Origin: Octopus bimaculoides
Lineage: Eukaryota
Assembly (NCBI RefSeq): GCF_001194135.2
Contig: NC_068997.1
Location: forward strand, 41,278,556 to 41,327,906
Direction of reading: 5' to 3'
Length of the DNA stretch: 49,351 nt
A model generated the notes under the pieces. That model did not search any database. It was not told where the DNA came from and worked only from the letters and a program-made list of their open reading frames with translations. The position numbers and the translations under genes are program-made. Positions 37,652-49,351 of this stretch are shown here, in pieces. Every line of letters begins with the position of its first letter. Position 1 is the stretch's first letter.

Positions 37652-37990
37652 TAAAAATTAAAAAAAGAAACTGGCACTTCGTCGGTTACGAGGGTTCCAG
37701 GTGATCCGACCAACAGAACAGCCTGCTCGTAAAATTAGCGTGCATGTGGATGAGCACTCCGCAGACACGTGTACCATTAACATAGTTCTCAGGGAGATGC
37801 AGCGTGACAAAGAATGCAACAAGGCTGGCCCTTTGAAATACAGGTACTACTCATTTTTGCCAGTTGAGTGGACTGCAGCAACGTGAAATAAAGTGTCTTA
37901 CTCAAGAGACACAACGCGTCTCTGGGAATTGAACTCACGACTTTACGATCGCGAGCTGAATATCTTAACCACTAAGACAAGCGCCTTCAC
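37652..37990 (-). mobile_element. Near-complete tRNA-derived SINE family C
   Basis: Head gtgaaggcgcttgtcttagtggttaag..gtcgtgagttcaattccc, CORE/V-like gttgtgtctcttgagtaagacacttta, 3' body shared with 24192-24420. Confidence 0.85.
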
Positions 37991-38280
37991 ATTGCCGCCT
38001 TAGCAAGATACTCTTAGTAAGATAACAATAACTGAATTACCACGAAAGACGCAACATATCTTATAGTTACAAGCTTAAGGATCTTGTTCCTTCGACAATA
38101 AAAGTCCTGAAATGTGAAGACAGGAAGGATGTTAAACATCACAGCCACATAGAGAGCCCTTCAAAATTGTAAGATGATTGAATAACAATAGTTGTATTCT
38201 TTCATCATCAAATGGAAAGTTCAAGAAGAAACAAAATCTTTGTAAATTAAAAGTCATTTGTTTAAAGGATCGATAATAAA

Positions 38281-38810
38281 GTTGAGATTGATAGCAAGCA
38301 AGCAGATGCTACACTGGAGAAAGTTTATAGAAAGATAACAAAATCTAATGGAACGTGGACAGATTTTACTAAAGTCAGTGAAGTCGACGAAAACAATCAA
38401 ATACTGATTGAATGATAAGATTATATATGCTGTACTGACTCTTCTATCTAAGCAGCATCTTGTAGTAGGATTAGGCACAGCACTGTCAACAGAGAAGCCA
38501 AGTGGCTTGATTCAGCTGTTTACATGACTGTGCAAAATTTATTTTGATGGAAATTGAAATCAATGATTTCTTCCGTTTCCAACAGTCAGAATGAGAACAG
38601 CGACAGCAGATGTTACGGTGACCCTACAAAATTAACTGATTCTGAACAAACACTGTTTAAATCCCACTCTGCATTTCTTGCTAAAGAAGGCAACCTCTAA
38701 GTTTATGCTATATCTTGTGATCAACAGTCGAGTAATTATGATTGTTGTTTCCATGCAGTTGTGAATGTCATCAAATTTCTGGCAGAGAATTGTAATTTAA
38801 CGGTCTAATA
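38281..38810 (+). pseudogene. Decayed Ulp1/C48-like cysteine protease sequence, probably transposon-borne
   Basis: Across frameshifts and stops: (W>*)LNDKIIYAVLTLLSKQH, VQ..YFDGN*NQ* (decayed HW), AISCDQQSSNYDCCFHAVVNVIKFL (QQxxxxDC motif), in canonical order. Confidence 0.6.
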
Positions 38811-39029
38811 TTGAATAAGTGACAGCGTCTCATAGAATTTCTTTAAAAAAATAAAGCAGGTGTTTTTGCCGTTTCTCAAATCATTAAAGCGCAGTCGAGA
38901 AAAAGAAACTTGCACAAAAATAACTGACAGTTATATGGTAATAAAAATAACAAAAGCAACAATTGCAACAACAACAACAATAAAAGTGGTTTCAAATTTT
39001 GGTACAATGCCAGTAGTTTTAATGGAGCA

Positions 39030-39578
39030 GGGAAATTAAGAGGCCAGAAATTGGGGCTGGCGATGTCGTAGTTCTCCGATAACCGCTTCTGGCTCATTCC
39101 GGATGTATGGTAAGGAACCGAATCCTGCTGCCACGTATATGGCCTTCCAACAGCAATCCCCTCCAAAAAGGGTTTGGCCAGTTTTCAGCAGCTTCACATA
39201 GCCGTCTGAACTGGGCCTAAGAACTGTTCATTAATTGTTGGATGAATTCTGGTGAGCAGACGCAGTCAGAGCGCCTGTTGTGTCCCTTCTTGCTGGCCAC
39301 AGCTTCGTAACCTCCGTTGCAGCTTACAGCCTTCACAGCGCCCACAGATCATTATGCAGCAGTCATGATGGCACTTTGACACCCGACGTGAATCATCATG
39401 TTACAGATAACTCTTTCCCAATATTCAGATGGCTTCCAGTCCACCATGTCAGCTAACTTTTCTGAACTACAGCTTTAATTTTTATGCTCTCCAACGAAGT
39501 TAACTGTTTACCAATACATTAAGCTCTTCCTGAAAAAATAAGACACAACATATCGTCAAATTTAACCCAAACACCCTG
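39030..39578 (-). mobile_element. Internally deleted maT/DD37D-like transposon, 5' TIR present
   Basis: Minus strand starts ta-cagggtgtttgggttaaatttgacga; GRPYTWQQDSVPYHTSGMSQKRLSEN..FWPLNFP matches the maT second-D and WPPNSPD region. Confidence 0.75.
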
Positions 39579-40541
39579 TACATTGTATACAATATTAACA
39601 AAAATCAAATGAAATGTAAGTACACATGGTCTAGGTTATAAAATATTGANNNNNNNNNNNNNNNNNNNNNNNNNNNNNNNNNNNNNNNNNNNNNNNNNNN
39701 NNNNNNNNNNNNNNNNNNNNNNNNNNNNNNNNNNNNNNNNNNNNNNNNNNNNNNNNNNNNNNNNNNNNNNNNNNNNNNNNNNNNNNNNNNNNNNNNNNNN
39801 NNNNNNNNNNNNNNNNNNNNNNNNNNNNNNNNNNNNNNNNNNNNNNNNNNNNNNNNNNNNNNNNNNNNNNNNNNNNNNNNNNNNNNNNNNNNNNNNNNNN
39901 NNNNNNNNNNNNNNNNNNNNNNNNNNNNNNNNNNNNNNNNNNNNNNNNNNNNNNNNNNNNNNNNNNNNNNNNNNNNNNNNNNNNNNNNNNNNNNNNNNNN
40001 NNNNNNNNNNNNNNNNNNNNNNNNNNNNNNNNNNNNNNNNNNNNNNNNNNNNNNNNNNNNNNNNNNNNNNNNNNNNNNNNNNNNNNNNNNNNNNNNNNNN
40101 NNNNNNNNNNNNNNNNNNNNNNNNNNNNNNNNNNNNNNNNNNNNNNNNNNNNNNNNNNNNNNNNNNNNNNNNNNNNNNNNNNNNNNNNNNNNNNNNNNNN
40201 NNNNNNNNNNNNNNNNNNNNNNNNNNNNNNNNNNNNNNNNNNNNNNNNNNNNNNNNNNNNNNNNNNNNNNNNNNNNNNNNNNNNNNNNNNNNNNNNNNNN
40301 NNNNNNNNNNNNNNNNNNNNNNNNNNNNNNNNNNNNNNNNNNNNNNNNNNNNNNNNNNNNNNNNNNNNNNNNNNNNNNNNNNNNNNNNNNNNNNNNNNNN
40401 NNNNNNNNNNNNNNNNNNNNNNNNNNNNNNNNNNNNNNNNNNNNNNNNNNNNNNNNNNNNNNNNNNNNNNNNNNNNNNNNNNNNNNNNNNNNNNNNNNNN
40501 NNNNNNNNNNNNNNNNNNNNNNNNNNNNNNNNNNNNNNNNN

Positions 40542-40611
<70 letters not shown>
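40542..40611. repeat. (AAT)n array following gap 39650-40541
   Basis: Direct reading. Confidence 0.95.
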
Positions 40612-40613
<2 letters not shown>

Positions 40614-40838
40614 GATAGACAAAACTGTACTCGAAGACTGCAAGAGGAGGAAAGTAACTTAACCATGTCATGGATCGACTATCGTAAGGTGTACGATATG
40701 ATCCCACATTCTTGGATTATGGAGTGTATGAACCTATTTCGTATTGCATCGAATGTTGAGCGCTTGCTTGGAAAAAGTATGATGAATTGGAGGACGGATC
40801 TGACAGCATACGGAAGAAGTTTAGGGACAGCTGATATC
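40612..40838 (+). mobile_element. R4/Dong-like RT fragment (copy A, 5' piece)
   Basis: IDKTVLEDCKRRK / SWIDYRKVYDMIPHSWIMEC..SMMNWRTDLT..SLGTADI, ending just before the expected RRGIFQGDS. Confidence 0.85.
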
Positions 40839-43222
40839 GCAAAATATCGAAACCAGCAAAAGATCACTAAATACAAAGTAGCTACGTAAATTAATCTCGT
40901 ATAAAATCCAAGAAAACCCAAATAATATCTCATTTTACAAGCATACACTTCATGAAGCAATTTAGTAGGCAATGAAGTATGAAGCTACATAGACGCAAAT
41001 ACATTAATGTACGTAGAGATTTCATTAAGAACAAAAGACTAACTGACGCTGAAATCGACTAAATTAGGACAAAATATCTCATGGTGGACTAAATGAAAAC
41101 AGCAACCATGTAGATGAAATAGGTAACAGAAACACAGAACCCGTATAGCATTAAAACTGAACAACAAGTAAACCGAACAAAGATCAGGGAAGAAAAGAAA
41201 CGTAGACCTGCCTCAAGAACATCAAAAGAGATATGACACAGAAGTTGTGGAGAATAACAGAAATAAGATTACAGTAACAAAGGAAGACATTATGAGAGAA
41301 CCCAGCAAGATTGAGTTTACTGACATGGTTAATAGAGAACCGCTACTAAAGTTCACAAACAACACAGAAAATAACAACAAAATTATGATCTATAACGTTT
41401 CTCTAAGACAGCTCTTACGAAATAAGAGAAATGATCTAACGACCTGAAATAATCTTATCAATTCCATTGCTAAAGTAGTAACTGCTCAGCTAGGCATTAA
41501 GATTACAAAGAAAAGAACTGACATGTATATAAACCTCCCAAATGGAAAAAAAATACAAAAGTGATTGAATGTCTGCGAGCGGATATATCAATTCTCGATG
41601 GACATGCTAGAGGAGTACATGTCGAAACAAGAAAAGTTAGAAAAATTAAACAAAAATATTAAGTAAAAGATTTTATAAACCTCCCTGCGACTAAGGAACT
41701 GCTGATACAGCGTATACATTTAAAAACCCAACTACTCAGAAGGTATGATAAAAAAAATTATCGTCAAGACCAAATATTCAAAATGGATGAGAAAGAAGTA
41801 TGTAGGGAAATTGGTAAAAGTAAGATAAAGATAATGAACCACATAAGAATGAGGAAGTGGAAGAGTTCTGGAAGAAGATATAGAGCAACGAAAAAGAGTT
41901 TAAATGTGAAGTTGACCGGATAGAACGTGAGAGAGCGAGAAGCAATAGGAATAGAAGATCTAAGGAGTGTTCATAGAAAGTTTCATAAATCAAAACCCGC
42001 AGGACTGGACCGGATCCCCAACTTCTGCTTGAACTGTCTGACAGAAGTACGGAAAAATTTTGCTGTATCTCTAACTGATGTCATTTGATACCCAGAGCAA
42101 ATATCAACCTGGCTGACTGAAGGACCCTACCTACCTACCTACATACTTCCAAAAAAACTGACGACACAAAAAGCCTAAAGAGTTACCAGCCAGTAACGGT
42201 TTAATACCACTTAGAAGATCCTCACATGCATAATAACTGAAAGAATGTACGCTTTCTTTAAATAGAACCTTATCCTTCCAACAGTTCAAAAAGGTTGTAA
42301 AAGAAACTCTTATGGGTGCAAAGACCAATTGCTCATAAATAGAATGATTCAAGAAAAACTCCGCAGCAAAAACTAGAACCTGAGTACGGCATAGATAAAC
42401 GACAAGAAAGCTTTTCATAGCGCCCCACATAAATGTATACTCAAGGTCCTTGAGATATATAAGATCCCTCTTGTCCTCTCCAGATTCTTTCAAACTAGCA
42501 TGGGCAAATGGAACAACCGTCACTTTCTAAACCATGGTTATGGGATGAGCCAATCTAACATCACGATCAAACGAGGCAACTTTCAAGGCGACTCCTTCTC
42601 TTTCTGTTATGTTTTTGAATGGTACTGATCCAACTATTAAGTGAACTGAATAACATTGGATATGGGTAACCTCTTTTAATATGGACGATATGACGCTGTT
42701 TGCAAGGAATGCAGTTGTAACAGATAACAATGACATCGGGATGGATTTTGGCCTCGATAAGTGTGTCAAGGTAACTTTTGTAAGAGGCAAGCTTAGATAA
42801 ACAGCATCGATTAAGTTAGATATCGACACTATCATCAAGTTATGCCACAAGGAAGGAAAAAGGAGTGCTATAGAAGAATATGATGTGCTGAAGAATGAAC
42901 TTAATTCTCATAATCACATCAAAGCCATTAAAACCTTGGCGTTCAGTATTGTTTTAATATCATTAAGTGGAATTCTACGAACAGAAACCTCAACGCAGGG
43001 ACAAGAAGATAACTAATAACATAAGGCAGAAGTTGACCGTCTCTACCGACCTAAAAACAGTGGGGGAAAAAGAATGGTGCAATTAGATCTCTGCTATAAA
43101 TCCCCACTAGGAATGAACAGGTACTTATCGAGTGCAGGGCACTGGATGCTGCGACTTGTTTGCGAACATGAAAGCAACAAAGAGTCACATTTTATTGTCA
43201 AAGAAGCTTGTAAATTAACACT
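40839..43222 (+). mobile_element. Heavily decayed R4/Dong-like element (copy B), N-terminus to post-RT, 3' truncated
   Basis: YIDANTL.NVRRDFIKNKRLTDAEID, PAGLDRIPNF, GCKDQLLIN, KKAFHSAPH, FQGDS, RLYRPKNSGGK; dense stops and frameshifts. Confidence 0.8.
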
Positions 43223-43258
43223 GAATTAGGTGCTAACGATTCTGCCAACTCGTCACCT

Positions 43259-43260
<2 letters not shown>

Positions 43261-43330
<70 letters not shown>
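43261..43330. repeat. (AAT)n array preceded by a 32 bp minus-strand SINE-A head (43229-43260)
   Basis: ggtgctaacgattctgccaactcgtcaccttt followed by AAT repeats. Confidence 0.9.
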
Positions 43331-44666
43331 GAATCTTCCAAGGGGACAGTGTGTCCCCACTGATATTCGTGCTGGGAATGATCTCCTTGAGTGAACCACT
43401 ACAGAAAATAAAGTTGGGGTATGATCTGGGAAGAGGTAAGGGAAATCTAAACCACTTGCTATTCATGGACGACCTGAAGCTATTCACAAAAACTGAGGCA
43501 GAACTGGACAGCCTAGTCCAGTCTGTGCGGATTTTCTCCAAAGATATTAAGATGGAGTTTGGACTCTCAAAATGAGCTACGATGGTCATGAGACGAGGAA
43601 AGCTTTTCAGAACAGAAGGCCTATGTTTGTCATGTGGTGAAATGATGAAAGCAATTCAAACTCAGTCCAGCTATAAATACCAGGGAATACTTGAGGCAGA
43701 TGGAATCAAACACCACGGTATGAAGGAAAGAGAAACAGAGAGTATCTGCGGCGAGTGAGAAAAATATTGGCTTCAAAGCTGAATGCCAGAAACATAATTT
43801 CAGTAATAAACTCGCACACAGTCGCAGTAGTTGGGTATGGCGCTGGAATCCTGAAGTGGACAGAGGAGGAACTAAAGGAGATGGACAGGAAATCAAGAAA
43901 GCTCCTAACGATGCATGGTGCCTATTATCCATGTGCAGACACTAATCGCCTATACATGAAGAGAAGAAATGGAGGAAGGGGACTGATAAGTGTAGAAGAC
44001 TGCGTGCGTATCGAACTCGAGAGCTTAATGAAATACCTAGCCTAAAGTAAGGAAACCTTGCTAGTGACAGTTAGGAACGAGGGAGTATTGAGAGCAGAGA
44101 AAAAAGGAAAAAACAAAAGAAGTGCAAAAAGGACATGAAGAAGAATTACGCAAGAAGGGACTGCACGATCAATTCCACGCAGCTACAAGTTGCTGGAAAA
44201 AATAGGTGAGATGGCTGATGAAAGGAACACTAAAAAAAGAGAGATTAGGAGCGCTATACTAGCAGCGCAAGACCAAGCTTTGGCCACGAACTAGAGGGTC
44301 AACCTTAGGAATAACCAAGTGTCTCCGCTGTGCTTCATCTGTAATAGAGTAGTTGAAACCATTGCCCATATCACGAAAGAATGCTCAAACCCGCTACAAG
44401 TTATGACCAGGTAGCGAAAGTGCTGCATTGGAGACTACATGGGAAAAGTGGGGGCTATAGAGAGGCAAGACATGGTATGAGCACAAACCGCAGAGAGTGG
44501 CAGAGTCAGAGACTAGTAAAATCCTCTGGGATTTTCCAATCCAAACAGATCAGGTGCAAGAGCATAACAGACTGGATCTAGTGGTGTTGGACAAGGTGCA
44601 CCACATATGGTATATAGCTGATATTGCATACCCCTTTGACCCACGAATAGTCAAAAAGGATAGCCA

Positions 44667-44711
<45 letters not shown>

Positions 44712-45030
44712 CAGATAGATACAACCCTCTTAAGTACGAAATAGCCCAGCTAGTGAAAATGAAGGTGAAGATAGTGCCAATTATTGTTGAGTCCTTGGGA
44801 ACAGTATTAGAAGGTATCAAGAGGAATATCATGGAAATTCTAATAGAGCGCCCAGTAGAACTGTTACAAAAGGATTGCCTCCTTGGCGCGGCCAGAATAA
44901 CCAGGCAAGTATTAGATAGCCGAAAAGAATGGATAGCATGGTACCGTAGGCTGCAGGCAGTAAGCCCGCTACGCGTGCAAGACTCCACAAGTTCCAACAA
45001 AACATGTGATAAAGAGAAATAATAACAATA
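43331..45030 (+). mobile_element. R4/Dong-like element (copy A, 3' piece): RT C-half, CCHC, RLE, 3' UTR
   Basis: IFQGDSVSPL, NHLLFMDDLKLF, RLYMKRRNGGRGL, CFICNRVVETIAHITKEC, KILWDFPIQTD..RLDLVV, LQKDCLLGAARITRQVLD; ends in aataataacaataat. Confidence 0.9.
44669..44720. repeat. (AGAT)n microsatellite inside the RLE-coding region of copy A
   Basis: Direct reading; interrupts K-I-D-R|Y-N-P-L-K-Y-E-I-A. Confidence 0.95.
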
Positions 45031-45032
45031 AT

Positions 45033-45162
45033 GGTTTCAAATTTTGATACAGGGCCAGCTATTTCTTGGGAGGAGGTAAGTCGATTGCGTCGACCCCAAT
45101 AGTCAACTGGTACGTATTAAAAGTGTTTATTTTATCGACCCCGAAAAGGACAGGCAAAGTCG
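45033..45162 (-). mobile_element. SINE family A 3' part, tail-to-tail with Dong copy A
   Basis: ggtttcaaattttgatacagggccagc..caactggtac..ttttatcgaccccgaaaagg..gcaaagtcga. Confidence 0.75.
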
Positions 45163-45894
45163 ATTGTAACACCTGGTCATTTGCTGTGGAGAAATTAAAA
45201 ACATAACACAGCAGCAGAGCTGTAGTAGGCCCAGCATAAGCACAGGATTCAGCCATGGCAGTACCCCAAAAAGGTTGAAGGACAGTGGGCTAAGTTCAGG
45301 ACTGTAGTAATAGAAAATGCAGACTGTACATTAGATCAAGAAAGTAAAAGTGGATAAGGGAAGGGTCAAAGAATTTCATCAGCCGAGATTTGCGAAGAAC
45401 AGAAAAAAATAAACTGCTTGGTTTGCATTCATTTTATCGACATCACCTTGATAAAAGACAACCTGGAACCCGGCGGGATTTGAACCAAGTATTTAAAGGG
45501 ACGTAACTAAAAATCAGTCAATAATAAATCCTGTCAATCAGACTAAATAAATAAGAAAAAGAAAGAAAAAAATGGGTTATCAGCTGATATGAAATCTAGT
45601 GAAACATTAAGCAAATAGTAATTTAATAAGATTAAATAGCGCAGCACACTTGTTAATTATATTTGAAGGCCATAAGGTATGGGAACAGCAACACCTGATC
45701 AACGATAACAATAGTTAGCAAGCAGTATATATAGAGGTGAGTGACAAGATTTCTACATTCTTTCAAGAGTCTCTTCTCCGTTGTTCAAGGTAATATCTCT
45801 GTTCTATACTTGCTTACATTTACAACATCTTTTCCTCTGTGTATATTTTGTGCACGAGTGTATGCTTGACTTGAGAATGGACATAAATATACAT

Positions 45895-45909
45895 TCATAT
45901 ACGCATACG

Positions 45910-45963
<54 letters not shown>

Positions 45964-46058
45964 AATATACATATACATATAAACGTATGTATATGTGTGT
46001 GTGTATATATGTATATATCTATATATGTTTGTGTGTGTGCATGTGTGTGTGTATGTAC
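45895..46058. repeat. Compound TACA/CA/TA/TG microsatellite
   Basis: Direct reading. Confidence 0.9.
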
Positions 46059-49000
46059 ATAAGCGTTTCATCGTGGGTCTTTGTAAAAAAAAGAACAACA
46101 AAGCACGCAACTATGAATGGAGTGGGGATTAGTGGATAGACAGACAGACAGACAGACAGACAGGTAAATATAAAAAAAAAACTTCTGACGCGAACCATAT
46201 GATGGTACTCGATACGTAGAGTTAAATTCGTAACAAGAGTAAACTTTTATTGGTTACATTTCGTGACTTTGAGTTTTATATTACGTCTATGTTTTTTTTA
46301 TAGTCAATTTTAACGAAAGCTATATTATTGTGTGCTTTGCTTTGATTGGTTGGGAAATATTCTTTTTCAGCTGCATACATACATACATACATCGGAAGAT
46401 TGCTGGGCTGTAGAAATACAGTTAATGATTCATTCGCTCTTTCTAATATATCGAGACATGAATTTGGCGTAAGCAGGTGACAATCATATAAACAACACTA
46501 ACAAGCCTTCAGAAAGACAAATGAGTCTGTTCTTCTTATGAGTCACTGCAACGACAATGTTCATCTTACACTAAGATATACTGTGTTTCTAACACAAGTC
46601 TATGAAGAGATTTTATCGGAGACAATTCCACACCATCATGCCTACCGGTTCTGACGAAATTTCGCTTACCGATATCATATGTCCTGCTTTTTTCTTCTTT
46701 CACACTTAATGTGTAAACGAGATGCTTTCTCTGGACGATTACCGCAGTCTATGGTGTCCAAAGCAGCACATTCAAGTTAAGTTAGATGTGCAAAGTAATC
46801 TTCAAATCTTCATTACAAAGGCTGCTACCGTCGCTTACCCCCCNNNNNNNNNNNNNNNNNNCTCTCTCTCTCTCTTTCTCTTTCTTTTCTCTCTATCTCA
46901 CAAACACACACCATATATATAAATTAATATATATAGCGATTGACAAATAGATCGAGACATATCAATATGCATGTATGCATGTATGCATGCATGTATGCAT
47001 GCATGTATGTATGTATGTATGTATGTATGTATGTTTGTATGTATGCATATCCTTCCGTTCCTTCATTTCCCAATTCATCCCTCAACTATCTCATAAGAAA
47101 CAGTTTAGCCTGTTCCTTCGGGTTTAATATTATCGATCTTGCAGTCCTACTTAAAAAGTATTAATTTCTCTAGACATTTGCCAGAATTGTAAATATCTGA
47201 CAGGTTCGTTACAAGATGAGACATATTTAGTAAGCTCCCACACAGACTTTATCAGTTAAAGTGTATTTTTCATCGAAATGCCTTTCTCCAATCACATTTA
47301 GTGTAGTTTCCCAAGAGTCTTACTTCTTTTACACTTCTTACGGTATGCTTGTCCATTTGCTTCGCTGTGTTGCCTCACCACCACCAAATCTTATTTTGCT
47401 TCTATATAAATATAATTGATCCAAAGACGTAAGAATCGTGTTATCTTATGGCATCAATATTGTATCTAAAATATATTTTTGTTATTATCTTGTTAATGAA
47501 TTGTCCATAGAAATATCGTTAAGACAGGTGATTTTCAGTTGTTGCATGTATTAGAACCGTGTTTCCAGTCTGCGGGTAACTTCATTTTTCTCCTCTCTCC
47601 ACTCTCAAAGAGACTGAAAGACATCATGGGAACTGTCTTTCTTTTTCTGATGAGTCCATGACACTTTTCGCTGCAATTTCACAACAGCAGCTGTGGTCTT
47701 CACTACTATGAATTGTTATTCTTCTACGTGTGCGAGAAAAAATTACATTAATCAGCGAATACATGCAGGGTCATTTTAAGGAATGTATACACTGGGCTGT
47801 TGCCCAGGGCTTCACGGTGTCTAGAGACCCAATTCTGATCTGTGTATGTTGTAGCTTGCTGTCAGTAAATAAACACTAGGGCCCAGTGCATTGACTGGCT
47901 CGGAGGACTAGAATATTGCTGAGGCGGCCCTGTACACAGGTTATACTGAAATTGATTAAGAAAAAATAGTTAAAGGTGTCCTCGAAAGATGGTGATTTAC
48001 TTCGGCTTGTTTTATAATCCGTGGTGTCATTCAACTTATATTGACCGAGTAAACTCAGACATGGAATGTTAAACTGAACCTGGAAAAATTTGAAAACGTA
48101 ACTGAGACGAATAAACCTAAATATTGTCATGTATTTGGTTTGGTAATCTACTGTATAGGCCACCTCTCTGCTCCTTTCTTTTCTTATCCTATCAAGACTT
48201 TCCAATTATAATTCTAAGTATTATTTCTGTAGAAGGAAGACTTTTGACATGTTTTAATCAGTTCGCTTATTTTTTGAATTTACTAAACGACTATCAATTA
48301 ATTCGACAGAAAATTGTTCCATTTGAAGAATTTATCAACAGACACCAAATCTTTACCAATTTATTCATTTCACAGTAATCATACTCACCATGAGAAAAAA
48401 AAATTATTAAGTGTCATTAAATTGTTCACAAGACTAATTTGAGAATATATTAGTATACAGTCTAATTAGTATTAATTCCTGTAGTGTATATCGTAAAATT
48501 TGCGGAATCAAATAGAAATATTTGAATGTTCACTTAAATATTTGTTTTCTTCCAACAACTGTGAAGAGTCCGTCTATATCTTTTAACAATGAAGATAACA
48601 ATAGAGTAAAGGTTGTTGAAAACAAAGTATAAATATCTCTTCTCCCGACCTTTATAAACACACACATACGCACACATTCTCTCTCTTCCTCTCTCTCTCT
48701 CTCTCCCTCCTTCTCTCTCTCCTCCTTTTCTTTCTCTCCCTCGCTCCCCCCTCTCTCTGCAAAAGCAACCACTTTGTTCAGGTATTGACTGATCCTACTC
48801 TGAACTACCGTGTCAAACCAGCTACTCCGAAGAAACAGAGCTTGCATAAAGAGAGAAGAAGAGAAAAGAAATCAGCAATAAAGCGTGTAAGAGGAAGACG
48901 GATGGAAAGGAAAAAGAAGAGCATTTTTCAGACGATTTTGTTTGCACAGACAGTTAACATGGATGTCTGTACAACAGGGCAAAAATTCTCCAAAATCGTG

Positions 49001-49265
49001 CCCTATAGTCTTGGCTATCATGGTTCTCGACATAGAAATGGCGAAACTCTCATGCCGAGAACACCGTTCATTATAGTTTCGTTCGTCAACGACTTATCAG
49101 GAGATGCATAACAACAGTAATTACCTTCAGCTAACGAGGGTCTACCAATGCGGACGCGAGTGACCTGGAAAATATAACAGCCAAATATCTCTCAAATTAC
49201 ACTATACTCTCTTAACAAAAGACAAGCACATTCAAAAGAGTAACCCCGTAGAACAGAAGACATAA

Positions 49266-49297
49266 TACATACATACATACATACATACATACAAACA

Positions 49298-49333
<36 letters not shown>

Positions 49334-49351
49334 TATATATACATATATATA
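49266..49351. repeat. (ATAC)n then (TA)n microsatellite
   Basis: Direct reading. Confidence 0.95.

Noticed and set aside
23239-40707. Long ORFs of 130-358 aa in the track (23239-24370, 25117-25599, 33462-33974, 39605-40707)
   Set aside because: Artefacts of N-gaps and microsatellites.
46540-47750. Faint RTE-like traces on the minus strand (GRHDGVGIV, EWREEKNE)
   Set aside because: Too degenerate to support a call.

Overview
AT-rich, repeat-dominated eukaryotic DNA from a draft assembly with seven N-gaps. The SINE families, LINE clades and dense (TG)n/(AAT)n/(GATA)n/(TATG)n microsatellites are most consistent with an octopod cephalopod (inference, no database search). I find no supportable host protein-coding exon, rRNA, true tRNA or CRISPR array; the window looks intergenic or deep-intronic. 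It contains: (1) at least five pieces of R4/Dong-like non-LTR retrotransposons (RT + CCHC + restriction-like endonuclease), most abutting (AAT)n arrays; (2) decayed Tx1/L1, RTE and CR1-group LINEs and a possible Penelope fragment; (3) three mariner remnants, one maT/DD37D-like remnant, one Tc1-like deletion derivative with intact TIRs and small hAT-like MITEs; (4) three or more tRNA-derived SINE families; (5) a decayed Ulp1/C48-like protease sequence. The most unusual structures are an R4/Dong copy split at one RT position (40612-40838 and 43331-45030) around 2.5 kb of apparently older sequence, a ~950 bp foldback whose arms are homologous to a SINE body (5487-6438), and a twice-repeated SINE-(AAT)n-Dong-(AAT)n-SINE arrangement. 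All coding calls come from manual translation and motif recognition; boundaries are approximate unless TIRs or microsatellites define them.
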